This document shows positions 54,652 through 63,998 of a stretch of DNA of 64,000 nt, one piece after another. The stretch spans positions 1-64,000 of IMG/VR virus record IMGVR_UViG_3300013121_000007; one strand, given 5' to 3'. Each line of letters starts with the position of its first letter. Within the stretch, counting starts at the first letter, position 1. The stretch is from a virus. Lineage: Duplodnaviria; Caudoviricetes. The notes under the pieces were generated by a model. The model made no database searches, was not told the DNA's origin, and worked only from the letters and a program-made list of their open reading frames with translations. A program made the translations under genes and the position numbers.

Positions 54652-55721
54652 GGTTTTGGTGATGGTAGCTGCTTCTCCCAAAATGATCCAGCTACGTCTA
54701 CCCAAAGTTTTCTAGTCTTCGGTTCAGACGCCGCTACCCGAAGCAACTCACGATTGGCCTCATTACCGCCCTGAAGAACACCCGCGACTGGCTGCCAGAT
54801 CAGCATCTGATGACGAAAAGTATGGTACAAGTCATAAGCCGGATCATGACCGATCCCGACAAAGCTGTAAGCTCTCCTAACAGCGTCAATGAACACTTGC
54901 CTATGGGGAAGCATCTTCTCTAGTGTCGTACTACGAATCACCTCCGGAGAAACACCTGAGAACTTGCTAGAAACTGATGCTACTGAATCTGCAACGCTGA
55001 TAGCATCGAAGCTGACAAGCTCTGTTGTACTAGGGTCGAAAAGCTGATTCCTGGTACAGTCACCAGAGGTTGCTACCACTGGTACACCGCACAGCAGATA
55101 TTCAGTTGAAGCGTAGTTTGACCCCTCTCTTTCAGAGAGTGACAACCCGCAAGTGGATCGTTGAATCCACGATGGAACTTTGTCTCTTGGAATAGCCCCC
55201 GTGAACGAACCATTTTTGAATTGCGGCGCAACAACGTTCTCAAAACTCAGTATTGATTCCGTATAGGTCTTCGTTTCGTCCTTGAAAGATTCCATTGTCA
55301 GCCACAACCACTTACCGCGAATATGGCTGCAGAGATCAAGTCGCTTTCTCGCTATAGGCCGAGCAATGTAGATGGCCGCATACTCTTTTGAGCAATCCAA
55401 AGGACGATACACCCTTTCATCACACAATGCGTTTGGTTGGAACGGAGAAGCCAACAAACCACTTGACAGGAAAGCATCAAGCTCTTGAGGTCTATCAAGA
55501 AGAAACTCAATGTAATGATTGGGGTGGGAACACTGATGTTCTAGTGCCCACTTCGTAGCGTACTCAATGTCTCTGGGGTACAGCTTCCAATTTGTAGAGG
55601 CTAACACAGCCAAAGGTTGTGGAGACTCAAGCGCAGAAGCAAATTGAGGTTCCCACGGTGTCTTAGCGTAGACAACAGTAGGCTCCCTGTGCAGCACTTG
55701 GAAGAACTGGGACGTAGACAC
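54648..55721 (-). CDS. Glycosyltransferase, GT-B fold
   Basis: AIYIAR...RKR, GLSLSEREGSNYASTEYLLCGVPVV. Confidence 0.8.
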   Translation of the reverse strand: MSTSQFFQVLHREPTVVYAKTPWEPQFASALESPQPLAVLASTNWKLYPRDIEYATKWALEHQCSHPNHYIEFLLDRPQELDAFLSSGLLASPFQPNALCDERVYRPLDCSKEYAAIYIARPIARKRLDLCSHIRGKWLWLTMESFKDETKTYTESILSFENVVAPQFKNGSFTGAIPRDKVPSWIQRSTCGLSLSEREGSNYASTEYLLCGVPVVATSGDCTRNQLFDPSTTELVSFDAISVADSVASVSSKFSGVSPEVIRSTTLEKMLPHRQVFIDAVRRAYSFVGIGHDPAYDLYHTFRHQMLIWQPVAGVLQGGNEANRELLRVAASEPKTRKLWVDVAGSFWEKQLPSPKP

Positions 55722-55722
55722 T

Positions 55723-56880
55723 TCAATCCAGAAACTTCACCTTGACGGCTTTCTGCATATTGTCTTTTGGGTTTTCGTCAGTGTCCCCAAAATTGAAGTA
55801 GTTGCCGATGTAGTGACGTCGAATTTCGTCCTCCGTTCCATTGATGTCTGTACGAATCGTGTTACCGTCTTGAAACGTGACTTCAATGGACCGACGACGG
55901 CTCGCGTTAGGGTCAGATGCCTCTTCAATGCTGTTCCCGACACCCAGATAGGCTTGAACTGTTTTGTCGTCTGGATGCACGACCTTTGACTTCATCAACG
56001 GGTAGTCAAACTTCATGGCATCTTCGTAGGACGCTGCTTGAAATGCTCGCTGCTTGCTTCGAGTCACCAGGATCGTAACCCAAGCAGCTTTGTTTCCGCC
56101 CACGCTTTGGTACGACTTCACAGCGAACAAATCTCGTCGGATGCCTTCGTGGATTGGAAGTGTCACCAAACCATCATCGAGGTACGCCGCTTCCAAGCAA
56201 TCCGCAGGTCCGGAGCCTTCAGCCATACGAACGTCATAGATGCCGTCCACAATAGCCTTCCGACCACGAGTTGATTCTCTCCAGACTTGAGGAGTTTTTG
56301 ACAGCATCAGATGCAGCGCAGTAGCTTTTGGGTAGCCTCGCAGAAGAGAATCCAAAGAGGGCTTGTCAACACTCTCCCTCTTTGTTGTTGTGGACTCTTT
56401 GACTTTAGGGGGACTTCTACGAGCTTGCTCCATTTCTTTATCCTCTGGTTTTCTTCCAAGCAGAGCAACAACAGACTCTCCAACACTCAACCCAGCGCCG
56501 CTGTTTTGTACGCCCGTATTGCTAGCTGCAACTGCAGGAGTATGCGCACCCACACCACCTTGTTGAGAGAACCTTCCTCGTTTGAATCGAGACATGACAA
56601 ACGATCGACGGTGTGGCAGAGCTTTCTGGCTGGAAAAGTGCTGAAGTGGAGACGGCTCTCCAACCTCAACTACAGTACATCGCGTTGCACTCTCTGCGCG
56701 GATTCTTGCAGTTGCGGGATTCCTTGCAACGACATGCAAGTAAGCATACCCGCCTCCGGACTCAAGCATACGAGTATGCTGCAGTTGAACAAGCTCAGGC
56801 AGCGTCCCAGATACTGCTAGCCTCTCTCCATCCCCACGGAAGGAAACTGTAACGGGATAGCATTGCGGGATTGAATTCAT
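55723..56880 (-). CDS. Multidomain hypothetical protein (putative head-internal)
   Basis: Domains separated by xxE sites; GESVVALLG; C-terminal TDINGT.DEIRRHYIG.YFNFG domain. Confidence 0.6.
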   Translation of the reverse strand: MNSIPQCYPVTVSFRGDGERLAVSGTLPELVQLQHTRMLESGGGYAYLHVVARNPATARIRAESATRCTVVEVGEPSPLQHFSSQKALPHRRSFVMSRFKRGRFSQQGGVGAHTPAVAASNTGVQNSGAGLSVGESVVALLGRKPEDKEMEQARRSPPKVKESTTTKRESVDKPSLDSLLRGYPKATALHLMLSKTPQVWRESTRGRKAIVDGIYDVRMAEGSGPADCLEAAYLDDGLVTLPIHEGIRRDLFAVKSYQSVGGNKAAWVTILVTRSKQRAFQAASYEDAMKFDYPLMKSKVVHPDDKTVQAYLGVGNSIEEASDPNASRRRSIEVTFQDGNTIRTDINGTEDEIRRHYIGNYFNFGDTDENPKDNMQKAVKVKFLD

Positions 56881-56904
56881 TGATGCAGTCCAGTGACCAA
56901 GGCC

Positions 56905-57971
56905 TCAAAGATTGATTTGGACTTTGCGCTTGGCATCATTGTATAGGATGCGAACTGCCTCTACCCCAGCACCCTGAAGATCAGACTTGTTGCATGACCG
57001 CTTGTACCAGAGTGACGTTGAGTCATGACAGACAAAGTCTTCATTGTTGACGAATGCGTGTACAGTGTCTTCTTCTGTATCGTAGTCCTGTCCGTAGGCA
57101 GGAGTCAGAATTACAAAAGACTTCTGAGACTCTCCGATAGCAGTTGCAAAGTCAATTATGTCCTTGCGCGCAGCCGTCGCACCTGCTTTGATTTGACTGT
57201 CGCTACTGCTCGTCAAATATCCAGGGTCTTTCCCAGTAATGACTTGCCGCAAGTAGGCTCGATACCCCAAGCCTGCAGTACACTGATGCTTCGGATTTTT
57301 CAAGCTGTCAGACAGAAGCCTCTCAGCCGCTTTGATCCAGTTGATTCCTTCATTGAGGCTGACGCTGCTGTGCTTGTTCTTTCTCTCACGGACATGTCTC
57401 TTGAAAGCGGCAGCTACATTGTCTGCGACACGACGATTTCGCTTGATTGCCGCAGCAGTGTGAGCTTTAGACGCCCCACTCTGCGGGGCTAAACGAAAGG
57501 GCGGTAGCTCAGCTTCTCCGTTAGTGGGGACAGGTCCAGAGGCTGACCAGACTCAGACAAGTTAGAATCAGTCTCTTCGATGTCTCCTCGCTGAAACGTA
57601 TGCGAATTTCCGAGTGTGTCGATGAGAGTCACGTCTGTCAGCCTCTCTGCCAGACTAAACAACCCTGAAATGAACTTGTTGAAGTTGCTTTGCGACGGCT
57701 TCCCACTCTCATGCAGGACAGCATTCGCGTCAGCGCCTCGTTTTGAGATGACTCGGAATGTTCTCTCGCAGACGAGAGAAAGACGCACACCTCGATTGTG
57801 AGGTTCCAACTGACAGGACAGCACCCTGACTGGACCGTCCTTGATTGCAGCTTCAATGATGGGGTTGACTGTAGTCGCGTACTCTTGAGGAGAGTACGAG
57901 TCCGGATTGACGAAGCCGAACATGCGGCTGAGTGCCATTCTTGGCTCAATCTGTCGAACGTGTGCGTGCAT
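56905..57971 (-). CDS. Hypothetical protein expressed as a 160-aa short form and ~355-aa -1 frameshift fusion
   Basis: ORF 57489..57971 ends C CCT TTC GTT TAG; the -1 frame is open from there to 56905 and includes ORF 56905..57303 (LTPAYGQDY domain). Confidence 0.7.
57473..57501 (-). promoter_or_regulatory. Programmed -1 ribosomal frameshift signal
   Basis: Slippery C_CCU_UUC (57501-57495), 5-nt spacer, stem-loop GCCCCGC-AGA-GUGGGGC (57489-57473). Confidence 0.7.
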
Positions 57972-58099
57972 ACTGTCTCTCCAATCAACGGAAAATACCG
58001 TGTCTAGCTGATTGACGAAAAACCGCCCGCTTTTTTCTTTTCCAGGCTTGCAGTTGTTGTCGCAACCATGCTCCTGCGCAGACCTTACAGTCTGCTATC

Positions 58100-59275
58100 C
58101 TACGTCTGCAAGTGGAGTTGATCCTTCGCACCCGCAGCTACTTGCTCTGCCTTGATACTGACTACCCGACCTTTTCTCTCTGCAGCCGTCAACTTCCGGA
58201 AAGCCGCTTGGTAGTCCAGAAGTACAAGGTCTACCTGCCAATCGGCAATAGACGCAAAGTAGTCGATGGCCATCTTGGGCATGTGGACTCGATCTTTCGA
58301 CGTCCAACGGTAGTCGTCAAACAACAGAATACCGTTTTCTTTCAACCGGGGAATAGACACTAGTCCATCATGGAGACAGTCAATGGCTTCATGTGACCCA
58401 TCGACGTAGATTACGTCGAAGTGTTCCTCAGGAAACAAGGAAACAGCATTTCGAGAGAAATCACGTATCTTCCTAACACGGTGAGACTGGCCTGAAATTG
58501 CGATGTTCCAGTCAAATGCGCGCTCGCGGGATCGAAGTTGCCAAGGGTCAATGCAGACCAGCGAGGAGGATTGGTCCGTAAGGATATTCTCCAACCACCA
58601 GATTGCGCTCCGTCCCTCGTAAGAGCCAATCTCAAGGAATCGAAGATTGGGCTTCCCCTTCAGATGAGAAAACAGTCTGACCCAGTGTGGTATTCTGTGC
58701 GTAACGTAGTCTGTGCCAGAGGTGTATGCTGGGCGCATAGCTACCCTGAGAGCGTCATCACCTGTATTCAAAATAGGAAAGTCTTTGGACTCTTGCGGCT
58801 CTGCTACTTTCAGCATACCGCATACTGAAGACCAACTTAGTGAGTCTAATGGAATACTGTAGACCCGATCAGAATGTTTCAGCCTTGCGTCTGTTACTAC
58901 TCTTTGATGCAGGTCATAATGCAACCTCAAGTGGTCTGTAGATGGTATATCCATCTCACTGTGCTTGCCAGACTTTCTGTACGCTGCTGTACGCACCAGC
59001 ATAGACGTCACCCAGTCTTCTACTGGTCTATAGATGTTGACTAGGATTGCGTCTTCGTATAAGTCGGCAAGTTCCTCCACTGGAATGTCCATCTCGAAGC
59101 CGAACAGAGCTTGGACTTCATAGACAGACTTGTCGATCTCACCCTGTCTTGCTTTCCTTGCAATTTCAGCAGCCCATTTTGCGTCTCGTACACATTTCAG
59201 ACCACATTGAACCATAGACTCTTGCAAGCTATGCGAGGCGGTTCGGGGAAGCCCAATGTAGATTACAGTCTTCAT
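58100..59275 (-). CDS. Sulfotransferase-like domain fused to class I methyltransferase (Methyltransf_24-like)
   Basis: IGLPRTASHSL (PAPS loop), R.VEDWVTS; FLEIGSYEGRS, CIDPW, FDVIYVDGSH, GILLFDDY.W. Confidence 0.8.
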   Translation of the reverse strand: MKTVIYIGLPRTASHSLQESMVQCGLKCVRDAKWAAEIARKARQGEIDKSVYEVQALFGFEMDIPVEELADLYEDAILVNIYRPVEDWVTSMLVRTAAYRKSGKHSEMDIPSTDHLRLHYDLHQRVVTDARLKHSDRVYSIPLDSLSWSSVCGMLKVAEPQESKDFPILNTGDDALRVAMRPAYTSGTDYVTHRIPHWVRLFSHLKGKPNLRFLEIGSYEGRSAIWWLENILTDQSSSLVCIDPWQLRSRERAFDWNIAISGQSHRVRKIRDFSRNAVSLFPEEHFDVIYVDGSHEAIDCLHDGLVSIPRLKENGILLFDDYRWTSKDRVHMPKMAIDYFASIADWQVDLVLLDYQAAFRKLTAAERKGRVVSIKAEQVAAGAKDQLHLQT

Positions 59276-60588
59276 GCTTTATCCTCCTGCCTGTCAGAAA
59301 AGTATCCAGCCACTTTTCTAACCATCTCTGGTTTGTTACTCAACGCAGACTCGCTCCACTGCAAAAGACCAGACTCTGCATCCGTATCAATATCGGTTCT
59401 TGGATCGAAACTATAGTCACTGAGAAACAACCAGCGTTTCAAGTAGTTTCTTCGCGACCGGGAACCGTGAAACATGTGCACAATGTCACCGGGAATGTAA
59501 GTGAACGACTTACCCCCGCACTCTCTTACTTTGTTACCCCATTCCTCGATACACCGGAGCCAGCCCTTTGAAATGTATCTGTCAACCCAGAATCTGTCTC
59601 CGGATATTGCCTTGATCTGATTTACATCACCTCCGCCGATGACATTCGTATCCAAGAACCCAAACTGACGAAACCATTCTGTACGCGCAGCCCACGCAAA
59701 CCCAGGATGAGACTTGCCAAATGACGTGAAGTCCTTGTGACAGTTTACGTAATGCCATCCAACTGACCTCTTGAGCGGCGTCAGCGATCCGTTGAACTGA
59801 GTGAAGAATGAGTTCTCAAAAAGTTGACACCAGTTATGCAGGCGTAATGCTTGCCTCAGGTCATCGACCCACTTCAAGCTACAGAAATGAACATCAGCAT
59901 CAATCCAGCAAAATGCTTCGTAGCAGTCTGGTAGCTTGGCCAATAACAGATTGAGAAGCCTCTCCTTTTGCCACAATAGCTGCGTATCTCTGTTTCCCTC
60001 TACACGAAGAAACCTGTCTGACTGAGGAAACACAAATCCCGATGGACCATCGTAGGACAACTCTATGTTCCAGTGGTCTACATCGTACAACTCCAGTTCA
60101 CGGCTAAACAGATTGAAGTTCCTTACCAAGTTAGTATAGCCACAGGGGTTGTAAAAGCAGGTTAGGACTGCAATTCGTTCAACATCCAACGGCCTGACAA
60201 TATCAGGCCGAACAAAGTCACAAGGCTTAGACTCATAAGTGTTGAAGTAGACTACACGATCCACTTCAACTTGCTTCTGCTGCTGAAAAAAGAACAAGCC
60301 ATTACGGTTTCCGTAGCGTCTAAAGTGCGCAGCAGCAGACGTCACTTCAGGGTCACGCTTTGCTTCTAAGAAGGCCCGCACTGCGGGGTAGTGCATTATA
60401 TACAGGTTGCTATCCAATTGACTTGGAACAACCCATACAGGCTGGTGCCCAGCAGACTTACCAAAGCGAGTCCAATGATCGAACCCACTAGAGCATGATT
60501 TTGCCCTGACTGCAGTTCTTGCATCTTCGTAGCGTGCAAGGTAAGCCGCTTCATAGAAGACCGGCTGTTCTAGACTCATCTGCGACAT
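59272..60588 (-). CDS. GT-A-fold glycosyltransferase-like protein with N-terminal YL..Y..V..H..FG repeats
   Basis: TCFYNPCGY, LWQKERLLN, WIDADV, HPGFAWAAR, IGGGD, HMFHG. Confidence 0.7.
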   Translation of the reverse strand: MSQMSLEQPVFYEAAYLARYEDARTAVRAKSCSSGFDHWTRFGKSAGHQPVWVVPSQLDSNLYIMHYPAVRAFLEAKRDPEVTSAAAHFRRYGNRNGLFFFQQQKQVEVDRVVYFNTYESKPCDFVRPDIVRPLDVERIAVLTCFYNPCGYTNLVRNFNLFSRELELYDVDHWNIELSYDGPSGFVFPQSDRFLRVEGNRDTQLLWQKERLLNLLLAKLPDCYEAFCWIDADVHFCSLKWVDDLRQALRLHNWCQLFENSFFTQFNGSLTPLKRSVGWHYVNCHKDFTSFGKSHPGFAWAARTEWFRQFGFLDTNVIGGGDVNQIKAISGDRFWVDRYISKGWLRCIEEWGNKVRECGGKSFTYIPGDIVHMFHGSRSRRNYLKRWLFLSDYSFDPRTDIDTDAESGLLQWSESALSNKPEMVRKVAGYFSDRQEDKA

Positions 60589-60591
60589 GTC

Positions 60592-61056
60592 CTACGTCTT
60601 CTTTGCAGTTGCCCCGCGGCGCATTTGATTGTTTGGCCTTCTCGCTGCTGTGAAGTTCGGAGCTTTCGTTTTTCTGTAGTCGATACGGTGACGCCGTTCT
60701 GTAACAGGGCAACCTAAAAGAGCGTCAACAGCTTCCTTGATTCGATTGTCAAGCATTGAGCTACTCCCTTGTTCTGCGAACTTTGGTGTATTCACTGGTA
60801 CTGTAGAGAGGTGGGACGACTCTTTCAACCTCACGCGCCCAACGTAGAAACCGTCCTCTTCCTGACTGACAAACTGAAATGAATGCTCACCTCGGTTCAC
60901 CATCACATACCAGCAGTTTTTGGAACCGCTCCACCAAGAGAAAGCAGCAGCTTTACGAAGTACCGGTACACTGTGAATGAAAGCCTCTGCCGATGCACTT
61001 GAATGAAACTCAAGCGCATTCTTTGGTGCTTCTGATACTTCAGACTGTGACGTCAT
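60592..61056 (-). CDS. Hypothetical protein
   Basis: IKEAVDALLG helix, basic tail. Confidence 0.55.
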   Translation of the reverse strand: MTSQSEVSEAPKNALEFHSSASAEAFIHSVPVLRKAAAFSWWSGSKNCWYVMVNRGEHSFQFVSQEEDGFYVGRVRLKESSHLSTVPVNTPKFAEQGSSSMLDNRIKEAVDALLGCPVTERRHRIDYRKTKAPNFTAARRPNNQMRRGATAKKT

Positions 61057-61316
61057 CAGCCGTGCGGATAGTTATTTCTGAGGTAGTTGGAAGCATCGTC
61101 CATCGAAGTAAATGTCAGCTTGAGAAGTTCTTTCGGGTTGCTGTGAGCGGGCCTAGCGATGAACATAGTAGGTTTTGTCCCTGTTTCGTTCACCCAGCCA
61201 ATGATCTGCCGTGTCACAAAACTGCGCACCGTAATCCAGCCCTGCGGAACGATCTTTTCATCTGGTAGGGGCGTTGACTCAACCAGCGTCTCGACTTGCT
61301 CTTCAAATGGTCCCAT
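61056..61316 (-). CDS. Small protein with N-terminal GPFE tag
   Basis: MGPFEEQVETLVES; RBS GGGGA. Confidence 0.65.
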   Translation of the reverse strand: MGPFEEQVETLVESTPLPDEKIVPQGWITVRSFVTRQIIGWVNETGTKPTMFIARPAHSNPKELLKLTFTSMDDASNYLRNNYPHG

Positions 61317-61358
61317 GAGTATCCCCCTGACCTAGGTTAGAGCATCGTTGTAGTCATA

Positions 61359-61910
61359 TTACTTGAGAAGAACTGCAACGGTGATATGAAAATCGAATTC
61401 GTTGTTACGAGGTAGCCGACTAAGCCCCAGAGACTCTCTGAAGTCTTCTAACTCTGGCGAACGAACAGTCACATACCAGACCTTTTCCCAAGTGTCTGAT
61501 TCTGGAAAAACCAACTTGAGTGGTCCGATTTGATACCTGAACTCATGACCCTCAAAAACTTTCAGGCGGTCAGCCCCACCCGCCGCTTCGACATCCGATG
61601 GGTGCAAAACTGAAATGTGCGCATTCAGTCTACCTTCATTGTACTCATCGCTGGTAGGCAACTCGATCCCAGGAACATCAAGTGTTGAAAACACACCCTC
61701 AACGAACTTGTTCGGCACTGCGAGCAGCATCCACCCAGAATCTGCTCTGTAGAGTTTCCCAGACATACGAGTCTGAAGAATGGGGGATGTCGTCTCCCGC
61801 TCAACCACAACAATTCGACCTAACCCCCACGGAGTTCGTTGAAGTGGCGGAGTAGACGCTGAGCGTCCCTCACACAAGGCGTTCACACGGCGTTCAAATG
61901 GTCCCATCAC
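61359..61910 (-). CDS. 2H phosphoesterase (Acb1/LigT-like fold) with N-terminal GPFE tag
   Basis: Two Hx(S/T)h motifs, AHISV and FHITV; V.SPELE.FRESLGL; starts MGPFERRVNALCE. Confidence 0.8.
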   Translation of the reverse strand: MMGPFERRVNALCEGRSASTPPLQRTPWGLGRIVVVERETTSPILQTRMSGKLYRADSGWMLLAVPNKFVEGVFSTLDVPGIELPTSDEYNEGRLNAHISVLHPSDVEAAGGADRLKVFEGHEFRYQIGPLKLVFPESDTWEKVWYVTVRSPELEDFRESLGLSRLPRNNEFDFHITVAVLLK

Positions 61911-62613
61911 CGCTTCCTAGGTACTTGTTTTCAAAGAAGGCCGCGACAACTTGTCGTGTAACTGGACTGTCGGACCCAGCACACTCAAATTGGAACTCAA
62001 AAGCGCGTCCGTCGTCACTCTTTGGTTGCTCTCGCGGACCTTTTCTCATCCTCGTGTAGTAAGCACTTGCGTTGTGGACCGACCATGCCCCTAGCTTGAC
62101 GATGGAGCCGTCTCTGTTCAACAGAGAAGCTGTATCTGATCCTGCCAATTTCAGCAACACACCATCCTGGTTGTACTTCTGCCGCAACAACTTCATGCTA
62201 CCCAGGAACTGCTCAGCAGACTGCGCATAGTCGTCCGAGGTTGGCCCTGAGACAATCAGGGATTCTTCCTCAACCTTTCTGGTCTCATCTGACCCATCTA
62301 TGGATTCAATCCAACCTCCGTATACTGGCGTATACCCGTAGCCGAGACTACGGATGTCTGACATCAGTGACCGATTCCGTCCTCTATTCTGTGTCAGGGT
62401 AAACTCCCCGCCGCGGAATGCCGAGATGATGGCTACATTTCTTGCCGTCTCGCTGAACAGGGCGAATACGCGAGCAAGAGAGCGTCCCGCAGCCTCCTCA
62501 AGAGACACCCCATCCATTGCTGCCAGATACTCGACATACAGGCGCGGAAAGTCTTCCGTGTTGACGCGGGAGGCCTTGTAGGCGTTGTCGATCAAGTCCT
62601 CAAACAAACCCAT
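61894..62613 (-). CDS. S-adenosylmethionine lyase (T3 SAMase-like)
   Basis: IISAFR...N..RNR.L...I....G.W.E....EEESL.V....KYNQDGVL matches the T3 gp0.3 motif order (SAFR, GxYxE, EE, QDxVL) as recalled. Confidence 0.65.
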   Translation of the reverse strand: MGLFEDLIDNAYKASRVNTEDFPRLYVEYLAAMDGVSLEEAAGRSLARVFALFSETARNVAIISAFRGGEFTLTQNRGRNRSLMSDIRSLGYGYTPVYGGWIESIDGSDETRKVEEESLIVSGPTSDDYAQSAEQFLGSMKLLRQKYNQDGVLLKLAGSDTASLLNRDGSIVKLGAWSVHNASAYYTRMRKGPREQPKSDDGRAFEFQFECAGSDSPVTRQVVAAFFENKYLGSGDGTI

Positions 62614-62646
62614 GTTCTTCCCCTAGAAAGAGAGAATCTCTGTCCA

Positions 62647-62674
62647 ATTGTATCACGTTTCTCTCTTGAGTCAA
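62647..62674 (-). promoter_or_regulatory. Sigma70-like promoter with extended -10
   Basis: Minus strand TTGACT-16 nt-TACAAT, with TGn before -10; overlapped by inverted repeat AAGAGAGAA/TTCTCTCTT. Confidence 0.6.
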
Positions 62675-62681
62675 GCGTGAG

Positions 62682-62882
62682 TCATGTCACTGTCAGCCAG
62701 GGACCCATCGCGTTTTTCCAGTCTGAAATGGTCTTTGTTGGGACTTGGAAGTCAGCCTTTCTCTCATCCTTGGCGTTGAACAGACCCCATTTGTCCTCAG
62801 AGGCAGAATAAGGCATCAGTCTTTTGAGGACTGATCTGACTGGCGGCTCTTTCCACAAACAGAGCCTCAACCATAGACTCAA
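62682..62882 (-). CDS. Small hypothetical protein
   Basis: Fills gap on the coding strand. Confidence 0.35.
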   Translation of the reverse strand: MSLWLRLCLWKEPPVRSVLKRLMPYSASEDKWGLFNAKDERKADFQVPTKTISDWKNAMGPWLTVT

Positions 62883-62909
62883 ACAACCCAGGAGTATTCA
62901 CAGGACTAC

Positions 62910-63833
62910 TCATTGTTGTGAGAGTACCCAACGACTTAGCATAGACTGCGTATATTGCTGCCAGCCCTTTGGAAACACACGATTCAACTTCTGTAGAATC
63001 GTGTTGTACACAGTGGTTGCTCTTTTCAATTGTCTTCTCTGATTATCCAGCGTCAGGCTATCCCAATAGCCGATTTTTCTTGCGACTTCTACAAACTTCG
63101 CAGGGAACTCACGAGGACTTCTTCCGAGTATCCCTTGCCAGCCTCTGACCTCTTTGGCTGTATTCCTTGGTGAGCCGTCTCTTCCCAACGAAGTTAGAGT
63201 ATGGTCAAGCTCTGAAAGCAGCGGTTCGACAGTCTGCTCAAAGTAAGCCTGCAATTCAGCATCTGAGTTGTAGTACGCCGTGAAAACACTCTTATCGTTA
63301 GTCTTGTCTGGTGTAGACTTGTCGATTACAGACGCATCAGGAGCTTTGTACCCACCCATTACCTTATTTCTCTTTGAATCAAGGTAATGTGTGTACTCGT
63401 GCTTGAACGATTCTGTGATTACAAGGCTGCGCCAGAACTTGTAAATGTTGTCACCGATGTAGAGCACAAAGTCTTCTGGAGACAACGGAACAGCAAGCTG
63501 AATTGTTGGTCTATCACCATCCCTCTGCGGAGGTCCAAAACCACCGGCGATATGACCTGTCATGGGTGCAAACGACAAGAACCCATCGAACACTTTGTTT
63601 ACTCTAGTGATGCTTCTGAAGTCGAACCCGATTCCATGCTCTGGACCTTTCGGGTGTACCTCACAGAATCTTGCAAACAGGGGCGGACTACCCTGGATTG
63701 TCCTGAAGAATTCACCAATCGTATTGTGAGCTACGTTGACTCGATCATGTGTCGTCCAATCGTTACGTCGCTCCACGATACGATTGACTTCAGCCTCAAA
63801 GGGGCCAATACGAGATTCTGTACTTGTAGGCAT
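62910..63833 (-). CDS. Zincin-like metallopeptidase with N-terminal GPFE tag
   Basis: FKHEYTHYLD (HExxH) plus downstream YYNSDAELQAY (third-ligand Glu); starts ..IGPFEAEVNRIVE. Confidence 0.75.
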   Translation of the reverse strand: MPTSTESRIGPFEAEVNRIVERRNDWTTHDRVNVAHNTIGEFFRTIQGSPPLFARFCEVHPKGPEHGIGFDFRSITRVNKVFDGFLSFAPMTGHIAGGFGPPQRDGDRPTIQLAVPLSPEDFVLYIGDNIYKFWRSLVITESFKHEYTHYLDSKRNKVMGGYKAPDASVIDKSTPDKTNDKSVFTAYYNSDAELQAYFEQTVEPLLSELDHTLTSLGRDGSPRNTAKEVRGWQGILGRSPREFPAKFVEVARKIGYWDSLTLDNQRRQLKRATTVYNTILQKLNRVFPKGWQQYTQSMLSRWVLSQQ

Positions 63834-63839
63834 TTCAGG

Positions 63840-63998
63840 CTACCTGAGATTGTTTGCGTAGCGACTGCTCATGAACTCAACTGTCTTTGATACGGCGTCG
63901 CGAAACCCGCGGCCTTCCATCATAACAGCTAGGACTGTAAAGAACTTGACATAGTCCTTGACTGTATTGAGTGCAACGCAGATAAGCTGCAGCGTACT
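63840..63998 (-). CDS. 3' end of a hypothetical gene (partial)
   Basis: Open frame from the right edge ending ...EFMSSRYANNLR-TAG just before the next ATG. Confidence 0.4.
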   Translation of the reverse strand, partial: STLQLICVALNTVKDYVKFFTVLAVMMEGRGFRDAVSKTVEFMSSRYANNLR

